63,776 bases of DNA, taken from assembly GCA_031549625.1 (NCBI GenBank), contig JAVBPK010000068.1:1-63776 (forward strand). Reading direction: 5' to 3'. The notes under the pieces are model-generated. The model had not been told where the DNA came from, did not search any database, and worked only from the letters and a program-made list of their open reading frames with translations. The DNA is from Eubacteriales bacterium (GTDB lineage: Bacteria; Bacillota; Clostridia; Christensenellales; CAG-138). Shown here piece by piece: positions 35,738 to 45,609 of this stretch (its first letter is position 1; the number at the start of each line of letters is the position of its first letter). A program made the translations under genes and the position numbers.

Positions 35738-36529
35738 ATGGAGCGGGTGCTTGAAAACGTCATATTGCGCTTAGACGTATTCGTGCTGATGTTCATTCGT
35801 GTGACAGCGCTCGTAATGACTTCCCCGCTTTTTGGCCGCAGGAACATTCCGAATATCGCGAAGATCGGCTTGTGCGTCAGCCTGACGTACATCGTGTTTG
35901 CAAGCAGGCTCAGCCTGCCGGCGATAGAAATCCGCGGCATATGGGAATTCGCCATGCTGTGCGTGCTGGAACTGCTGTTTGGTGTAATCATCGGCTACGT
36001 GGTCTCCGTGTTTTTCACGCTGGTGCAAACGGCGGGCTACGTAATCGATATGCAGATGGGCTTCGGCATGGTCAACGTGTTTGACGTGCAAAACAACATC
36101 AGCGTGCCGATCACGGGCAATTTCCTATACTTGATGCTCACGCTGCTGTTTTTCGCGGTGAACGCGCACCACCAGCTGATATATATATTGATGTCTACGT
36201 TTGACAAGGTGCCCGTGGGGCATGTGGCGGTGAATCCGCAGCTGGGCATAGCGGCGCTGGAAGTGTTTGTGCTTTCGTTTCTGATGGCTGTGAATGTGGC
36301 CATGCCGTTTATTGCGTCGGGCTTGCTGGGCGAAGTGGTGCTTGGGTTTATCGTGCGCACCACGCCGCAAATGAACGTATTTGTCGTGGGGATACCGCTG
36401 AAGATACTGCTTGGCTTTTTGATGCTGTTGCTGATATTGCCGGTGTATGCACGGTATTCCGAGACGATTTTTCAGCAAATGTTTCAAGCGATTGACTACA
36501 TGCTGCTGGGATTGGCGGGAACAGGATGA
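35738..36529 (+). CDS. fliR: Flagellar export apparatus protein FliR
   Basis: 263 aa, polytopic. It lies between fliQ and flhB. Motif: VLELLFGVIIGYVVSVFFTLVQTAGYVIDMQMGFGM. Confidence 0.92.
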   Translation: MERVLENVILRLDVFVLMFIRVTALVMTSPLFGRRNIPNIAKIGLCVSLTYIVFASRLSLPAIEIRGIWEFAMLCVLELLFGVIIGYVVSVFFTLVQTAGYVIDMQMGFGMVNVFDVQNNISVPITGNFLYLMLTLLFFAVNAHHQLIYILMSTFDKVPVGHVAVNPQLGIAALEVFVLSFLMAVNVAMPFIASGLLGEVVLGFIVRTTPQMNVFVVGIPLKILLGFLMLLLILPVYARYSETIFQQMFQAIDYMLLGLAGTG

Positions 36530-37626
36530 GCCCACAACAGTCATCGGGTGAAAAAACCGAAAAAGCAACCCCTAAAAAGCGCAGAGACGCGCGGGAGAAG
36601 GGGCAAATCGTTAAAAGTGCGGATTTGGTTGTGGCACTTTCGATGGCGGTACTCTTTGGCGGGCTGCTGGCGTTTGGCGGCGGTATCGTAAACAATACCA
36701 AGCTGATGATGGTGGAAATGTTCACCATGCCCATCCCCGAGCAGCTTACGAAGGCCGCGCTGGGCGCGCTGACATTGCGGCTGCTCACACGCTTTATCCT
36801 CATAATCGCCCCCATACTGGGGACGGCGCTGCTGGGTGGCGTTGTATTCAATGTATTGCAGTCGGGCTTTATGTTTACGCCAAAGGCGATGGCGCCCAAA
36901 TTTTCCCGCGTGAGCCCGCTGGAAGGATTTAAACGGATATTTTCCAAACGCACGCTGATTGAACTGGTCAAGTCGATCATAAAGATCACGGTGCTGGTTA
37001 CGGTAGCCTACTCCAGCTACAAGCAGCAGTTGCAGAGCATGCCGGGCATGATGACGGCGGATATAAGCATCGGTTCCCTGAACGTGACGGTACGCGCGAT
37101 CGTGGACATCATATTTGGCGTAAGCTTCAAGCTGGTTTTGGCGCTGGTGGTCATGGCGCCGTTCGATCTTTTCTTCCAGTGGTGGAAGCACGAAAAGGAC
37201 CTGATGATGACCAAGCAGGAAGTGAAGGACGAGTACAAGCTGACAGAGGGCGACCCGCAAATAAAGGGACGCATCCGCCAGAAGCAGCGCCAAATGAGCG
37301 CCATGCGCATGATGCAGGCTGTGGCCGGCGCGGACGTGGTTATCACAAACCCTACGCACTACGCTATCGCGCTTACGTATAACGAGGAAAGAAACAGAGC
37401 GCCTGTGGTTGTGGCAAAGGGCCGGGATTATCTGGCAAAAAAGATCAAGGACGAGGCCGACAAGTACAGCGTGCCCAAAATAGAAAACAGGCCGCTCGCC
37501 CAATATTTATACTTTTACTGCGATATTGGCGACGAGGTGCCGGAAGAGATGTATAAGGCAGTGGCAGAAATTCTCGCGTATATTTACAAATTGCGGCATG
37601 ATACGGGAAGGCAGGGGGTGAGATAA
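36526..37626 (+). CDS. flhB: Flagellar export switch protein FlhB (full length)
   Basis: N-terminus reads GEKTEKATPKKRRDAREKGQIVKS. NPTH autocleavage site in VVITNPTHYAIAL. Confidence 0.95.
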   Translation: MSPQQSSGEKTEKATPKKRRDAREKGQIVKSADLVVALSMAVLFGGLLAFGGGIVNNTKLMMVEMFTMPIPEQLTKAALGALTLRLLTRFILIIAPILGTALLGGVVFNVLQSGFMFTPKAMAPKFSRVSPLEGFKRIFSKRTLIELVKSIIKITVLVTVAYSSYKQQLQSMPGMMTADISIGSLNVTVRAIVDIIFGVSFKLVLALVVMAPFDLFFQWWKHEKDLMMTKQEVKDEYKLTEGDPQIKGRIRQKQRQMSAMRMMQAVAGADVVITNPTHYAIALTYNEERNRAPVVVAKGRDYLAKKIKDEADKYSVPKIENRPLAQYLYFYCDIGDEVPEEMYKAVAEILAYIYKLRHDTGRQGVR

Positions 37627-39678
37627 TTGAAACTGAAGTTTGCGGATATCATGGTGGCGGCACTGGTGCTTGCCATTGTCATGCTCATCATCGTGCCGCT
37701 TTCCGCAGGATTGCTGGATATTTTGCTTATCGTAAATATCGCGCTTTCCCTGATGATTTTGCTGATGTCGCTCTATATCAAGGATACGCTGGAGCTCTCC
37801 ATATTTCCGACGTTGCTGTTGTTGCTCACGTTGTTCCGCCTTGCGCTGAATATCAACTCCACGCGCCTCATACTCGGCAACGGCGGTGAGGCCGGCAGCG
37901 TTATCAAAACGTTCGGCAGCTTTGTGGTCGGCAGCAATCTGGTTGTCGGGTTCATCATATTCTTAATCATCGTGCTCTTGCAGTTCATTGTCATCACAAA
38001 GGGCTCCGAGCGCGTGGCGGAGGTCGCGGCGCGTTTCACATTGGACGCCATGCCCGGCAAACAGATGGCGATCGACGCGGACTTAAACACGGGCGTTATC
38101 ACGGAAGTGGAAGCGCGTGAACGCCGCGGCGTTATCCAGCGGCAATCCGACTTTTACGGCGCTATGGACGGCGCATCCAAGTTCGTAAAGGGTGACGCCA
38201 TATTGGGCATCATCATCACGGTCATCAACATCGTCGGCGGCATGATTATCGGCGCCACCGGCATCGGCGGCGGCCCGCAGATGGAAATGAACAAAGTGGT
38301 GGAAGTGTACATGCTGGCCACCGTGGGCGACGGCCTTGTCAGCCAGATACCGGCGCTTTTGATTTCCACCGCGTCCGGTATCATCGTAACCCGATCCGCC
38401 AGCACGCAAAGCTTTGGCCCGGATTTAAAAGAGCAGCTGTTCGGCAAGCCGGTGGTGCTTTTTGTGCTGGGCGGCGCGCTGCTGCTGCTGGCGTTGGTGC
38501 CGGGGCTTCCCAAAATCCCACTGCTCACATTCGCCATAGGGTTGCCGACTGTCGCCTATTTAACGATGCGCAAACAAAAGAAAGAAGACGAAAGCGAAGT
38601 GGAGGACACCGCGGCAATGGTGGCGCAGGAGAAGCGCAAGCCCGAAAGCGTTACATCGCTGCTGCAGGTCGACCTCATCGAAATGGAATTTGGCTATGGC
38701 ATCATCTCGCTGGTGGACGCTTCGCAGGGCGGCGACTTACTCGACCGCGTTGTCATGATCCGCAGGCAATGTGCTTTGGATTTGGGCATTATCGTGCCGG
38801 TTGTACGCCTGCGCGATAATATCCAGCTCGGCACAAACGCGTATTCCATCAAGATCAAGGGCCTGGAAGTGGCGCGCGGCGAAGTCATGCTGGATCATTA
38901 CCTGGCTCTGCGTCCGTCGGATGTGGAAACCATGATAGACGGCATCGAAACGGTGGATCCGGCCTTTGGCCTGCCCGCCGTTTGGGTAACGGAAAAAGAC
39001 CGCGAAATGGCGGAGCTGCGCGGTTACACCACCATAGACGCGCCGAGCGTAATCGCTACGCATCTCATGGAAATCATCAAACGGCACGCGAGCGAGCTTC
39101 TGGGCCGCCAGCAGGTGCAGATACTCATCGATAACCTCAAGGCATCGCAACCCGCGCTTGTGGAAGAAGTGGTGCCCAAACTGTTCACAATCGGCGAAAT
39201 TCAAAAAGTGCTGGCAAACCTGCTGCACGAGGGCGTTTCCATTCGCGATATGGGATCCATACTCGAGATACTGGGCGACTATGGCATGACAACGCGGGAT
39301 TTGCAGCTTTTGACGGAATACGTGCGCCAAAACCTCAAACGCGCCATTACGCAGCGCTTTGTGCCGAGTGGCAAAGCGCGTGTTATTACGCTAGATCCGG
39401 CGCTTGAACAAATTATCGCGGAAAACATCCGCCAAACGGAGAGCGGCTCGTATGTGGCCATCGAACCGGTGCAGCTGCAAAAGATACTCGTGAATACGAA
39501 GCGCGTGATCGAGCATTCCGTAAGCATGGGCGTAGCGCCCGTCATTATGACATCGCCGAAGGTTCGCAAGCATTTCAAGCAGATGACGGAACAGCTTGAT
39601 CCGGAGCTCGTCGTGCTTTCCTACAACGAACTCGACAACAACGTAGAAATTTATTCAGACGGGGTGGTGAACTTATAA
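37627..39678 (+). CDS. flhA: Flagellar export gate protein FlhA
   Basis: TTG start directly after the flhB stop. Motifs: SIFPTLLLLLTLFRLALNINSTRLIL and GAMDGASKFVKGDAI. 683 aa. Confidence 0.95.
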   Translation: MKLKFADIMVAALVLAIVMLIIVPLSAGLLDILLIVNIALSLMILLMSLYIKDTLELSIFPTLLLLLTLFRLALNINSTRLILGNGGEAGSVIKTFGSFVVGSNLVVGFIIFLIIVLLQFIVITKGSERVAEVAARFTLDAMPGKQMAIDADLNTGVITEVEARERRGVIQRQSDFYGAMDGASKFVKGDAILGIIITVINIVGGMIIGATGIGGGPQMEMNKVVEVYMLATVGDGLVSQIPALLISTASGIIVTRSASTQSFGPDLKEQLFGKPVVLFVLGGALLLLALVPGLPKIPLLTFAIGLPTVAYLTMRKQKKEDESEVEDTAAMVAQEKRKPESVTSLLQVDLIEMEFGYGIISLVDASQGGDLLDRVVMIRRQCALDLGIIVPVVRLRDNIQLGTNAYSIKIKGLEVARGEVMLDHYLALRPSDVETMIDGIETVDPAFGLPAVWVTEKDREMAELRGYTTIDAPSVIATHLMEIIKRHASELLGRQQVQILIDNLKASQPALVEEVVPKLFTIGEIQKVLANLLHEGVSIRDMGSILEILGDYGMTTRDLQLLTEYVRQNLKRAITQRFVPSGKARVITLDPALEQIIAENIRQTESGSYVAIEPVQLQKILVNTKRVIEHSVSMGVAPVIMTSPKVRKHFKQMTEQLDPELVVLSYNELDNNVEIYSDGVVNL

Positions 39679-39681
39679 CCC

Positions 39682-41124
39682 ATGTTTGTGAAGCGTTATC
39701 TTGCGAACGATATGGCGGAAGCAATGGAAAAGATCCGGCGCGAGCTTGGCTCCGACGCCGTGATACTTAGCCAGCGCACTGTCAGAAAAAAAGGGCTATC
39801 GGGTTTGTTTCAGAAAAAGCTGGTGGAAGTGATGGTGGCTTACGAGCCCGCTCAGGAAAAAGGGCTGCGCATAGATCCGCCGGCGCCCGCCGAGACAGCT
39901 TCGTATACCCGCCAGGAAGAGGCCAGGCAGCCGTTTGTGCCGCGCCCGCAGCAAGCGAGCGCGCAAAGCGCTCAGCCGATTGCCGGCGTATCGCAATACC
40001 AGCAGGCTGCCGCCCAATACTGGCAAAACGCCTCACCGCCCGACACGACGCAACTGATACGCAAGAGCGCCGAGGAAGAGCAACCGCGCGAACCCAAAAT
40101 AGAGGCGCCGGTATTTACGCACCTGCTTTCGTCTGCGGCGGAAAGCCGCAAAGCGGACGCGGTGGAAGCGGCGCTGCACGCGGTGGAAGCACTGGAATTC
40201 TCCACACCCTCCACGGCGGACAATGAGCAGCCCAGCGCGGAAAAAATAGACCAGCTAAACGAAAAGCTGGCGGAACTCAAAGGCGTTGTGCGCAATCTGA
40301 CAAACAGAATAATCACCGCGGAGCGGGACTCTCTGCTGCAATTCGCGCCGTCCGTCATGCGCGTTTATAACGCGCTGCTGGAGCAGGACATGCAGGAAAT
40401 GCTCGCGCGCAGCATAGCGGAACGCGTGCAGCTGCTTTCCGATAAAACGGGCGATACGGCGGAAAGCATCGCAAACAACATGATTCAGGAGATACTGGGC
40501 GACCCGTCGCCGCTTAAAATCAAAAAATACCAGCAAACGGTCGTTATGCTGGTAGGCCCCACGGGTGTCGGCAAGACCACCACGCTCGTCAAGCTGGCGG
40601 GCATGTACGCGGTTGGGCAGGGCCTGAAGGTGGGCTTTATCAATACGGATACCTATCGCGTAGCCGCGCAGGAACAATTGAAAATCTACGCGGAAATCAT
40701 GGATATCCCTTGCTGCACTGTGTATACGCCGGATGAAATCCCCATGGCGCTGTACAATTTATCGGATTGCGACCTGGTTTTAATAGACACTGCCGGCAAG
40801 AGCATGAGCGACAGGCTGTATCATGAAGAGCTTAGCGCCTTTATTGAGGAAAGCGGCGCGGATGAAATCCTGCTGCATGTGAGCGCTTCCATGTCGTACC
40901 AGGCCTGCGCGGACATGATTAAAAATTTTGCGTTTCTGCCGCAATACAAGCTCGTTATCACGAAACTTGACGAAGTGGCGGGCTGCGGCAATGTATTAAA
41001 TATTTCGGCTTGCGCGAAAAAACCGATCGCGTTTTTTACGGTGGGCCAGAACGTTCCCCAAGATATCGAAGTGCCTGACATGCAAATCATCGCAAACAGG
41101 CTCTTGGAAGGCGCAGGTGCATGA
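39682..41124 (+). CDS. flhF: Flagellar SRP-type GTPase FlhF with a long Gln/Ala/Pro-rich N-terminal region
   Basis: Motifs GPTGVGKTTTLVKLA, DTAGKS and TKLDE. Confidence 0.92.
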   Translation: MFVKRYLANDMAEAMEKIRRELGSDAVILSQRTVRKKGLSGLFQKKLVEVMVAYEPAQEKGLRIDPPAPAETASYTRQEEARQPFVPRPQQASAQSAQPIAGVSQYQQAAAQYWQNASPPDTTQLIRKSAEEEQPREPKIEAPVFTHLLSSAAESRKADAVEAALHAVEALEFSTPSTADNEQPSAEKIDQLNEKLAELKGVVRNLTNRIITAERDSLLQFAPSVMRVYNALLEQDMQEMLARSIAERVQLLSDKTGDTAESIANNMIQEILGDPSPLKIKKYQQTVVMLVGPTGVGKTTTLVKLAGMYAVGQGLKVGFINTDTYRVAAQEQLKIYAEIMDIPCCTVYTPDEIPMALYNLSDCDLVLIDTAGKSMSDRLYHEELSAFIEESGADEILLHVSASMSYQACADMIKNFAFLPQYKLVITKLDEVAGCGNVLNISACAKKPIAFFTVGQNVPQDIEVPDMQIIANRLLEGAGA

Positions 41125-41984
41125 TGGAACAGGCACAATCATTACGCGACATCATGAATAAAAAGCGCGATACCAACGTGCAGGTACTCACGGTAACCAG
41201 CGCCAAGGGCGGCGTTGGCAAGTCGTGCGTGGCGCTCAACATGGCCATTGCCATGAACAGGCGCGGCAGGCACACGCTGCTGATCGACATGGACCTCGGC
41301 CTCGCCAATATCGACGTCATGCTGGGCGTCAAAACCAAGCAAAGCCTTTCCAGCGTCATACAGGGCAAGGCAAAAGTGACGGATATCATTGAAACCGGCG
41401 TGGAAGGCGTGAAGTTTATTTCCGGCGGCTCCGGCGTAAACGACCTGATCGACATACCACCCCAGCAACTGCACCGCATCATCAGCAATTTGCTCGGCTT
41501 GCGCGATGTGGCCGATACGCTTATATTCGATACGGGCGCAGGTATTTCCGACTCCATATTGCGGTTGATCGGCGCCAGCCACGCCACCATGCTTGTGACC
41601 ACGCCGGAGCCCACCGCCATCATGGACGCGTACGCGCTTATCAAGCAAGTAAACGCCGAAAAAATGCGGCCCAATATCCAGCTGATACTCAACAAGGCCG
41701 AAAGCGAGCGCGAGGCCTCGGCGGCGCTGGCCGGCTTTATACAAATAGCAGAAAAATATACGGACGTTGAAATCAACAAGCTGGGTTATATTTTACGCGA
41801 CCAGCACATGGTTACTTCGGTGAAACGGCAGGTACCGGTTCTGGTAAGTTATCCCAATTGCATTGCTTCGAATAATATAGAAGTGCTTGCCGATCGATTC
41901 CTAAACTGCGAAAGCCCTGCGAAAAACGGCTTATCCGGGTTTTTTGACAGATTGTTGGGACGTTCGGCGGGTGGATGGATGTGA
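41121..41984 (+). CDS. flhG: MinD/ParA-type ATPase FlhG (YlxH/FleN)
   Basis: Deviant Walker A motif TSAKGGVGKS. ATGA overlap with flhF. Confidence 0.9.
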   Translation: MMEQAQSLRDIMNKKRDTNVQVLTVTSAKGGVGKSCVALNMAIAMNRRGRHTLLIDMDLGLANIDVMLGVKTKQSLSSVIQGKAKVTDIIETGVEGVKFISGGSGVNDLIDIPPQQLHRIISNLLGLRDVADTLIFDTGAGISDSILRLIGASHATMLVTTPEPTAIMDAYALIKQVNAEKMRPNIQLILNKAESEREASAALAGFIQIAEKYTDVEINKLGYILRDQHMVTSVKRQVPVLVSYPNCIASNNIEVLADRFLNCESPAKNGLSGFFDRLLGRSAGGWM

Positions 41985-41990
41985 GGATAT

Positions 41991-42647
41991 ATGAATCTAT
42001 ACGAACAATTACGTGAAGGCGAGACGGTGGAGATGCGGATAGGCGCGATCATCACCAAATCAAAAATCGAACGCATAGACAGCGCAACACATTTCGTCGT
42101 CACACAGCCGACTCATAAGCTGTTGCCGGTGGCTTTTGATTTGGATGAACAAATTGAATTTTTCTTCTTCCGTAACAATGGCGTGTATTCGTTTCGCGCG
42201 GCCTTTTCAGGGCGGGCGATGATGGGCAAAATGCGTGTCTGCGCGTTTACGGCCGTAACAGACATGAAGAAGAGCCAGCGCAGGCTTTCGTTCCGGCTTG
42301 CCGTACCGCTTTCCATGACATTGCGCCGGAAGAGCCAATACAACCAAAGCAAGGCGGTGGAATACCCGGCTTTTACAATCAATATTTCGCAGGAAGGCGC
42401 GTTGTTCAGTTGTCCTTCACGTTTTCCCGTAGGGGCGCGCCTGCTGCTGGAGATCAAGTTCTCGGCTACGGAGCTGTGCATAGTAAACGCGGAGGTGCTG
42501 CGCTGTGAGCTGCCGCTCAACAAGGACGATCCGTATCTCATCGGCGTGAAGTTTGTGAACTTGACAAAGCACGATCAATCGCAGATAGCTAAATTCATAC
42601 TTAATACGCAGATTGACGAACGAAGACGCAAGCAGCTGGAAGACTAA
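41991..42647 (+). CDS. PilZ-domain protein (YcgR/MotI-like c-di-GMP receptor)
   Basis: RxxxR motif in QRRLSFR and (D/N)xSxxG motif in NISQEGALF, after an N-terminal PilZN-like domain. Confidence 0.85.
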   Translation: MNLYEQLREGETVEMRIGAIITKSKIERIDSATHFVVTQPTHKLLPVAFDLDEQIEFFFFRNNGVYSFRAAFSGRAMMGKMRVCAFTAVTDMKKSQRRLSFRLAVPLSMTLRRKSQYNQSKAVEYPAFTINISQEGALFSCPSRFPVGARLLLEIKFSATELCIVNAEVLRCELPLNKDDPYLIGVKFVNLTKHDQSQIAKFILNTQIDERRRKQLED

Positions 42648-42743
42648 GCGGGCGGCGCCATCCGGCAACGTCGCAAAGAGAAGTGCCCTAAGGAGTGACA
42701 TCACCGGCTTTCGGTGATGGGATAATGGACTATAGGAGACGGC

Positions 42744-43502
42744 ATGATTAGCAGCGGGAATGAAAAAGTAGATTCATTATGGGTGGAATATGAACGCGAC
42801 AAGTCGCTGGAAAACCGAAACGAGCTTGTTGTGCAGTATGTCTACCTTGTGAAGAATATTGTATACCGCTTGTTGCCGGTGTATAAGGGGTACAGCAACT
42901 ACGACGATTTGCTCAGCTGCGGCATACTGGGCCTGATCGACGCGATTGACAAGTACGCGCTGAAGCGGGACGTGCGCTTCGAGTACTATGCCACCATGCG
43001 CATCCGCGGTGAGATCATCGACCACATGCGCAGGCAGGATTGGGCGCCAAGCAGCCTGCGCCGCAAGATACAAAGCATCAGCGCCGCGTACAGCGATTTG
43101 GAAAAACTTTTTTCCCGCACGCCTACCGACAAGGAAGTGGCCACGCATTTGGGCATGGAGGAGGAAAAGCTGCAAAAGGTGCTTGAAAAGGCCCATATGT
43201 TTAATGTGCTGCATTTTGAAGAGATGCTCAGCGACGATTGCGCGCTGGAATATACCGTGCAGGACAAAAGTGAAACTTCCGAAGAAAAGCTCGTAAACAA
43301 GGAAATGAAACAGGTGCTGGGTGAGCTGATAGACACGCTGCCGGAGAAGGAACGGCTTGTCGTCAGCCTGTACTATTACGAGGAACTCACATTAAAAGAA
43401 ATTGCGGGAGTTCTTGGCGTTTCCGAGTCGCGCGTGTCACAGATTCATTCCAAGGTGATATTAAAGCTGCGCACGAGAATGCAAACACTGTTTAACGAAT
43501 AG
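42744..43502 (+). CDS. fliA: Flagellar sigma factor FliA/SigD (sigma-28)
   Basis: Motifs LVVQYVYLVKNIVYRL (region 2), RIRGEIIDHMRRQDW and LTLKEIAGVLGVSESRVSQIHSK (region 4). Confidence 0.92.
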   Translation: MISSGNEKVDSLWVEYERDKSLENRNELVVQYVYLVKNIVYRLLPVYKGYSNYDDLLSCGILGLIDAIDKYALKRDVRFEYYATMRIRGEIIDHMRRQDWAPSSLRRKIQSISAAYSDLEKLFSRTPTDKEVATHLGMEEEKLQKVLEKAHMFNVLHFEEMLSDDCALEYTVQDKSETSEEKLVNKEMKQVLGELIDTLPEKERLVVSLYYYEELTLKEIAGVLGVSESRVSQIHSKVILKLRTRMQTLFNE

Positions 43503-43591
43503 CCTACCGCTATGGCGGCATGCCTTGACCCATAAAATTTAGCCGGCGCGTAAGCCGATGCAACGGCGGCACCAAAGAAGGGGAGAGAAAC

Positions 43592-45265
43592 GTGGAAGAA
43601 CGAAGGGAAATGGAGAAAACCGAGGCAACAATTGAAAGGAAGGAATCTCTCGCAAACCAGAGCGGTTTTCCGTATATCATCGATTTTACGGAACAGGGCG
43701 TTTATTTGGAGCTGGCGGACGCGTTGTTGGACGCGCCGCCGGTTTTGCCGGCTTTGGTTGCGTATGATATAAAAAGGCGAGGCATCAGCAGCGTAAATAG
43801 CGGCGAAATGGTGCTGCGCCTGCGCCAGAAGCATTCGCGGTTCCGCCTGGCGGATCCGCAAGAAGAGAAGCAGGTGGATGCCGCGGTTTATGTGACGATC
43901 GAGCGCGGCGCCATGGAAGCGGAGCTCACGATTTTGCCACCCACCAAGGATGGCGCGGCGCTTGCCGCGCAAGATATTTTACGCATGATTCGGGAGTCCT
44001 GGGGTGTGACGCACGGCATAGACGAAGCGCTCGTAACAGAAATGGCAGAGGAAGCTGAGGTCCTGCTGGAGTATTACAAAACAAAAACAATCGCGCATGG
44101 CACACCGCCGGAAAGGGGCGCGGACGCTACCGTCACACTCTTGTTCGGTACGGAGCGCGATTTTAAGCCGACCATGCTCGACGATGGCAGTGTAGACTAT
44201 AAAAAGCTCAATATATTCACGAGCGTTAAAGAGGGAGAGCCCGTCGTGGTGCGCGTACCGCCGCAGATGGGCACGCCGGGCCGCAATGTGCAGGGCGTTG
44301 AAATACCCGCCCTTTTGGGCAATGACCGAAAAATGCTGAAGGGCAAAAATGTGCGCTTTTCCGAAGATGGCAACACCATGTTTGCTGAAAAAGAAGGCCG
44401 CATCGATTTTGTCCGCGATATGGTAGTCGTGTCCGATGTGCTCCAGATTCCCGGCGATGTGGATATGAGCGTGGGCAATATCGACTTTACGGGCGACGTG
44501 CGCATTGGCGGCGGCGTGATCGCCGGGCTTACCGTCAAAGCGGGCGGCAACATCGAAGTAAACGAAACCGTAGAATGCGCGACGCTGATCGCGGGGCGGG
44601 ATATCATACTCAAAAAAGGCATACAGGGTATGGACAAAGGCGTACTAAAGGCCGGCGGCAACATTATTTCGCGCTTTATCGAGCGCTGCAACGTAGAAGC
44701 GGGCGAAAGCGTACACTCCGATTACATCGTCTATTCCAAAGTAGAAGCGGCAAAATCCGTGGTGCTGCGCGGCAAGCGCGGCAGGCTGATCGGCGGTACA
44801 ACATGCGCGGGTAGCGAAGTGATCGCGCGGACTATCGGAACACCAACGGGCGAAAAAACCATACTGGAACTCAGCGCCGCGCCGGAATTACGGGGCGAAC
44901 TAAACGAGCTGATTACCACAGTGGCCAGCACAAAGGCGCAGCTGGATAAAATCGACAGCCTGACCCGCATGTACAAGCACAAAGGCGAAAGCGACGAGCG
45001 TATGGAAATGTGGACAAAACTGCAGGCAGGCAGAGAGCAGCTCAAACTTACATACGAAAAGCAACAAAACGAAGTGGAAGAACTTCGGGAGCGGATCAGA
45101 AAAATGCCAAAGGGCAAGGTGCACATTTATGGCGAAGCGTATCATGATGTGAAGGTAACAATCGATTTTGTGACATACACGTTTAAAGAGACCGTGGTGT
45201 TCACAACAATGAAATATAAAGATGGGGCGATTGTGTTTACGGCATGTGAAACAGGAGAGAGGTGA
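43592..45265 (+). CDS. FapA-like (DUF342) flagellar assembly protein
   Basis: GTG start 6 nt after AAGGGGAG. 557 aa. The central part is a repetitive beta-helix-like G-x-I/V region (GDVDMSVGNIDFTGDVRIGGGVIAGLTVKAGGNIEV..), followed by a C-terminal coiled coil. Confidence 0.7.
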   Translation: MEERREMEKTEATIERKESLANQSGFPYIIDFTEQGVYLELADALLDAPPVLPALVAYDIKRRGISSVNSGEMVLRLRQKHSRFRLADPQEEKQVDAAVYVTIERGAMEAELTILPPTKDGAALAAQDILRMIRESWGVTHGIDEALVTEMAEEAEVLLEYYKTKTIAHGTPPERGADATVTLLFGTERDFKPTMLDDGSVDYKKLNIFTSVKEGEPVVVRVPPQMGTPGRNVQGVEIPALLGNDRKMLKGKNVRFSEDGNTMFAEKEGRIDFVRDMVVVSDVLQIPGDVDMSVGNIDFTGDVRIGGGVIAGLTVKAGGNIEVNETVECATLIAGRDIILKKGIQGMDKGVLKAGGNIISRFIERCNVEAGESVHSDYIVYSKVEAAKSVVLRGKRGRLIGGTTCAGSEVIARTIGTPTGEKTILELSAAPELRGELNELITTVASTKAQLDKIDSLTRMYKHKGESDERMEMWTKLQAGREQLKLTYEKQQNEVEELRERIRKMPKGKVHIYGEAYHDVKVTIDFVTYTFKETVVFTTMKYKDGAIVFTACETGER

Positions 45266-45270
45266 GCGCC

Positions 45271-45597
45271 ATGCCTGTTGATGGATTAGGCCCAAAGGTG
45301 ATGCTGCATAAGGCAACGGAATTTGTAAAAGACGCCACGGCCCAGCAAAGGCGCGGAGAAGTTATGCAAAGCGCCGCAAACCGTGAAATGAAAAACGAGG
45401 CAGAGCGCATGAGCGCGGAAGTGGTCGACGTATACAAGCCGGACGCCGCGCGGGTGCAGCGTGAAAAAGAAAAGAAACAACGCAAAGAGCAGGAACAGCC
45501 GGAAGAACAGGAAGATAGCAAAGAAGCGGGCGCAACGAAAACTACGCCCCTGCCGGAAGTGGCAAACGTCCGAAAAACGATCGACATTTTGGTTTGA
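45271..45597 (+). CDS. Hypothetical small charged protein
   Basis: ATG at 45271 after GGAGAGAGG; the track ORF uses GTG at 45262, which overlaps the fapA stop. The protein is Lys/Glu-rich with no TM. Confidence 0.5.
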   Translation: MPVDGLGPKVMLHKATEFVKDATAQQRRGEVMQSAANREMKNEAERMSAEVVDVYKPDAARVQREKEKKQRKEQEQPEEQEDSKEAGATKTTPLPEVANVRKTIDILV

Positions 45598-45609
45598 TGG
45601 GGTGGGAAT

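Noticed and set aside
43554-43561. A sigma-28-like -10 box GCCGATGC upstream of fapA.
   Set aside because: The only TAAA lies 19 nt from the CGAT core (consensus 17) and the -10 ends in GC rather than AT. This is too weak to call without TSS data.
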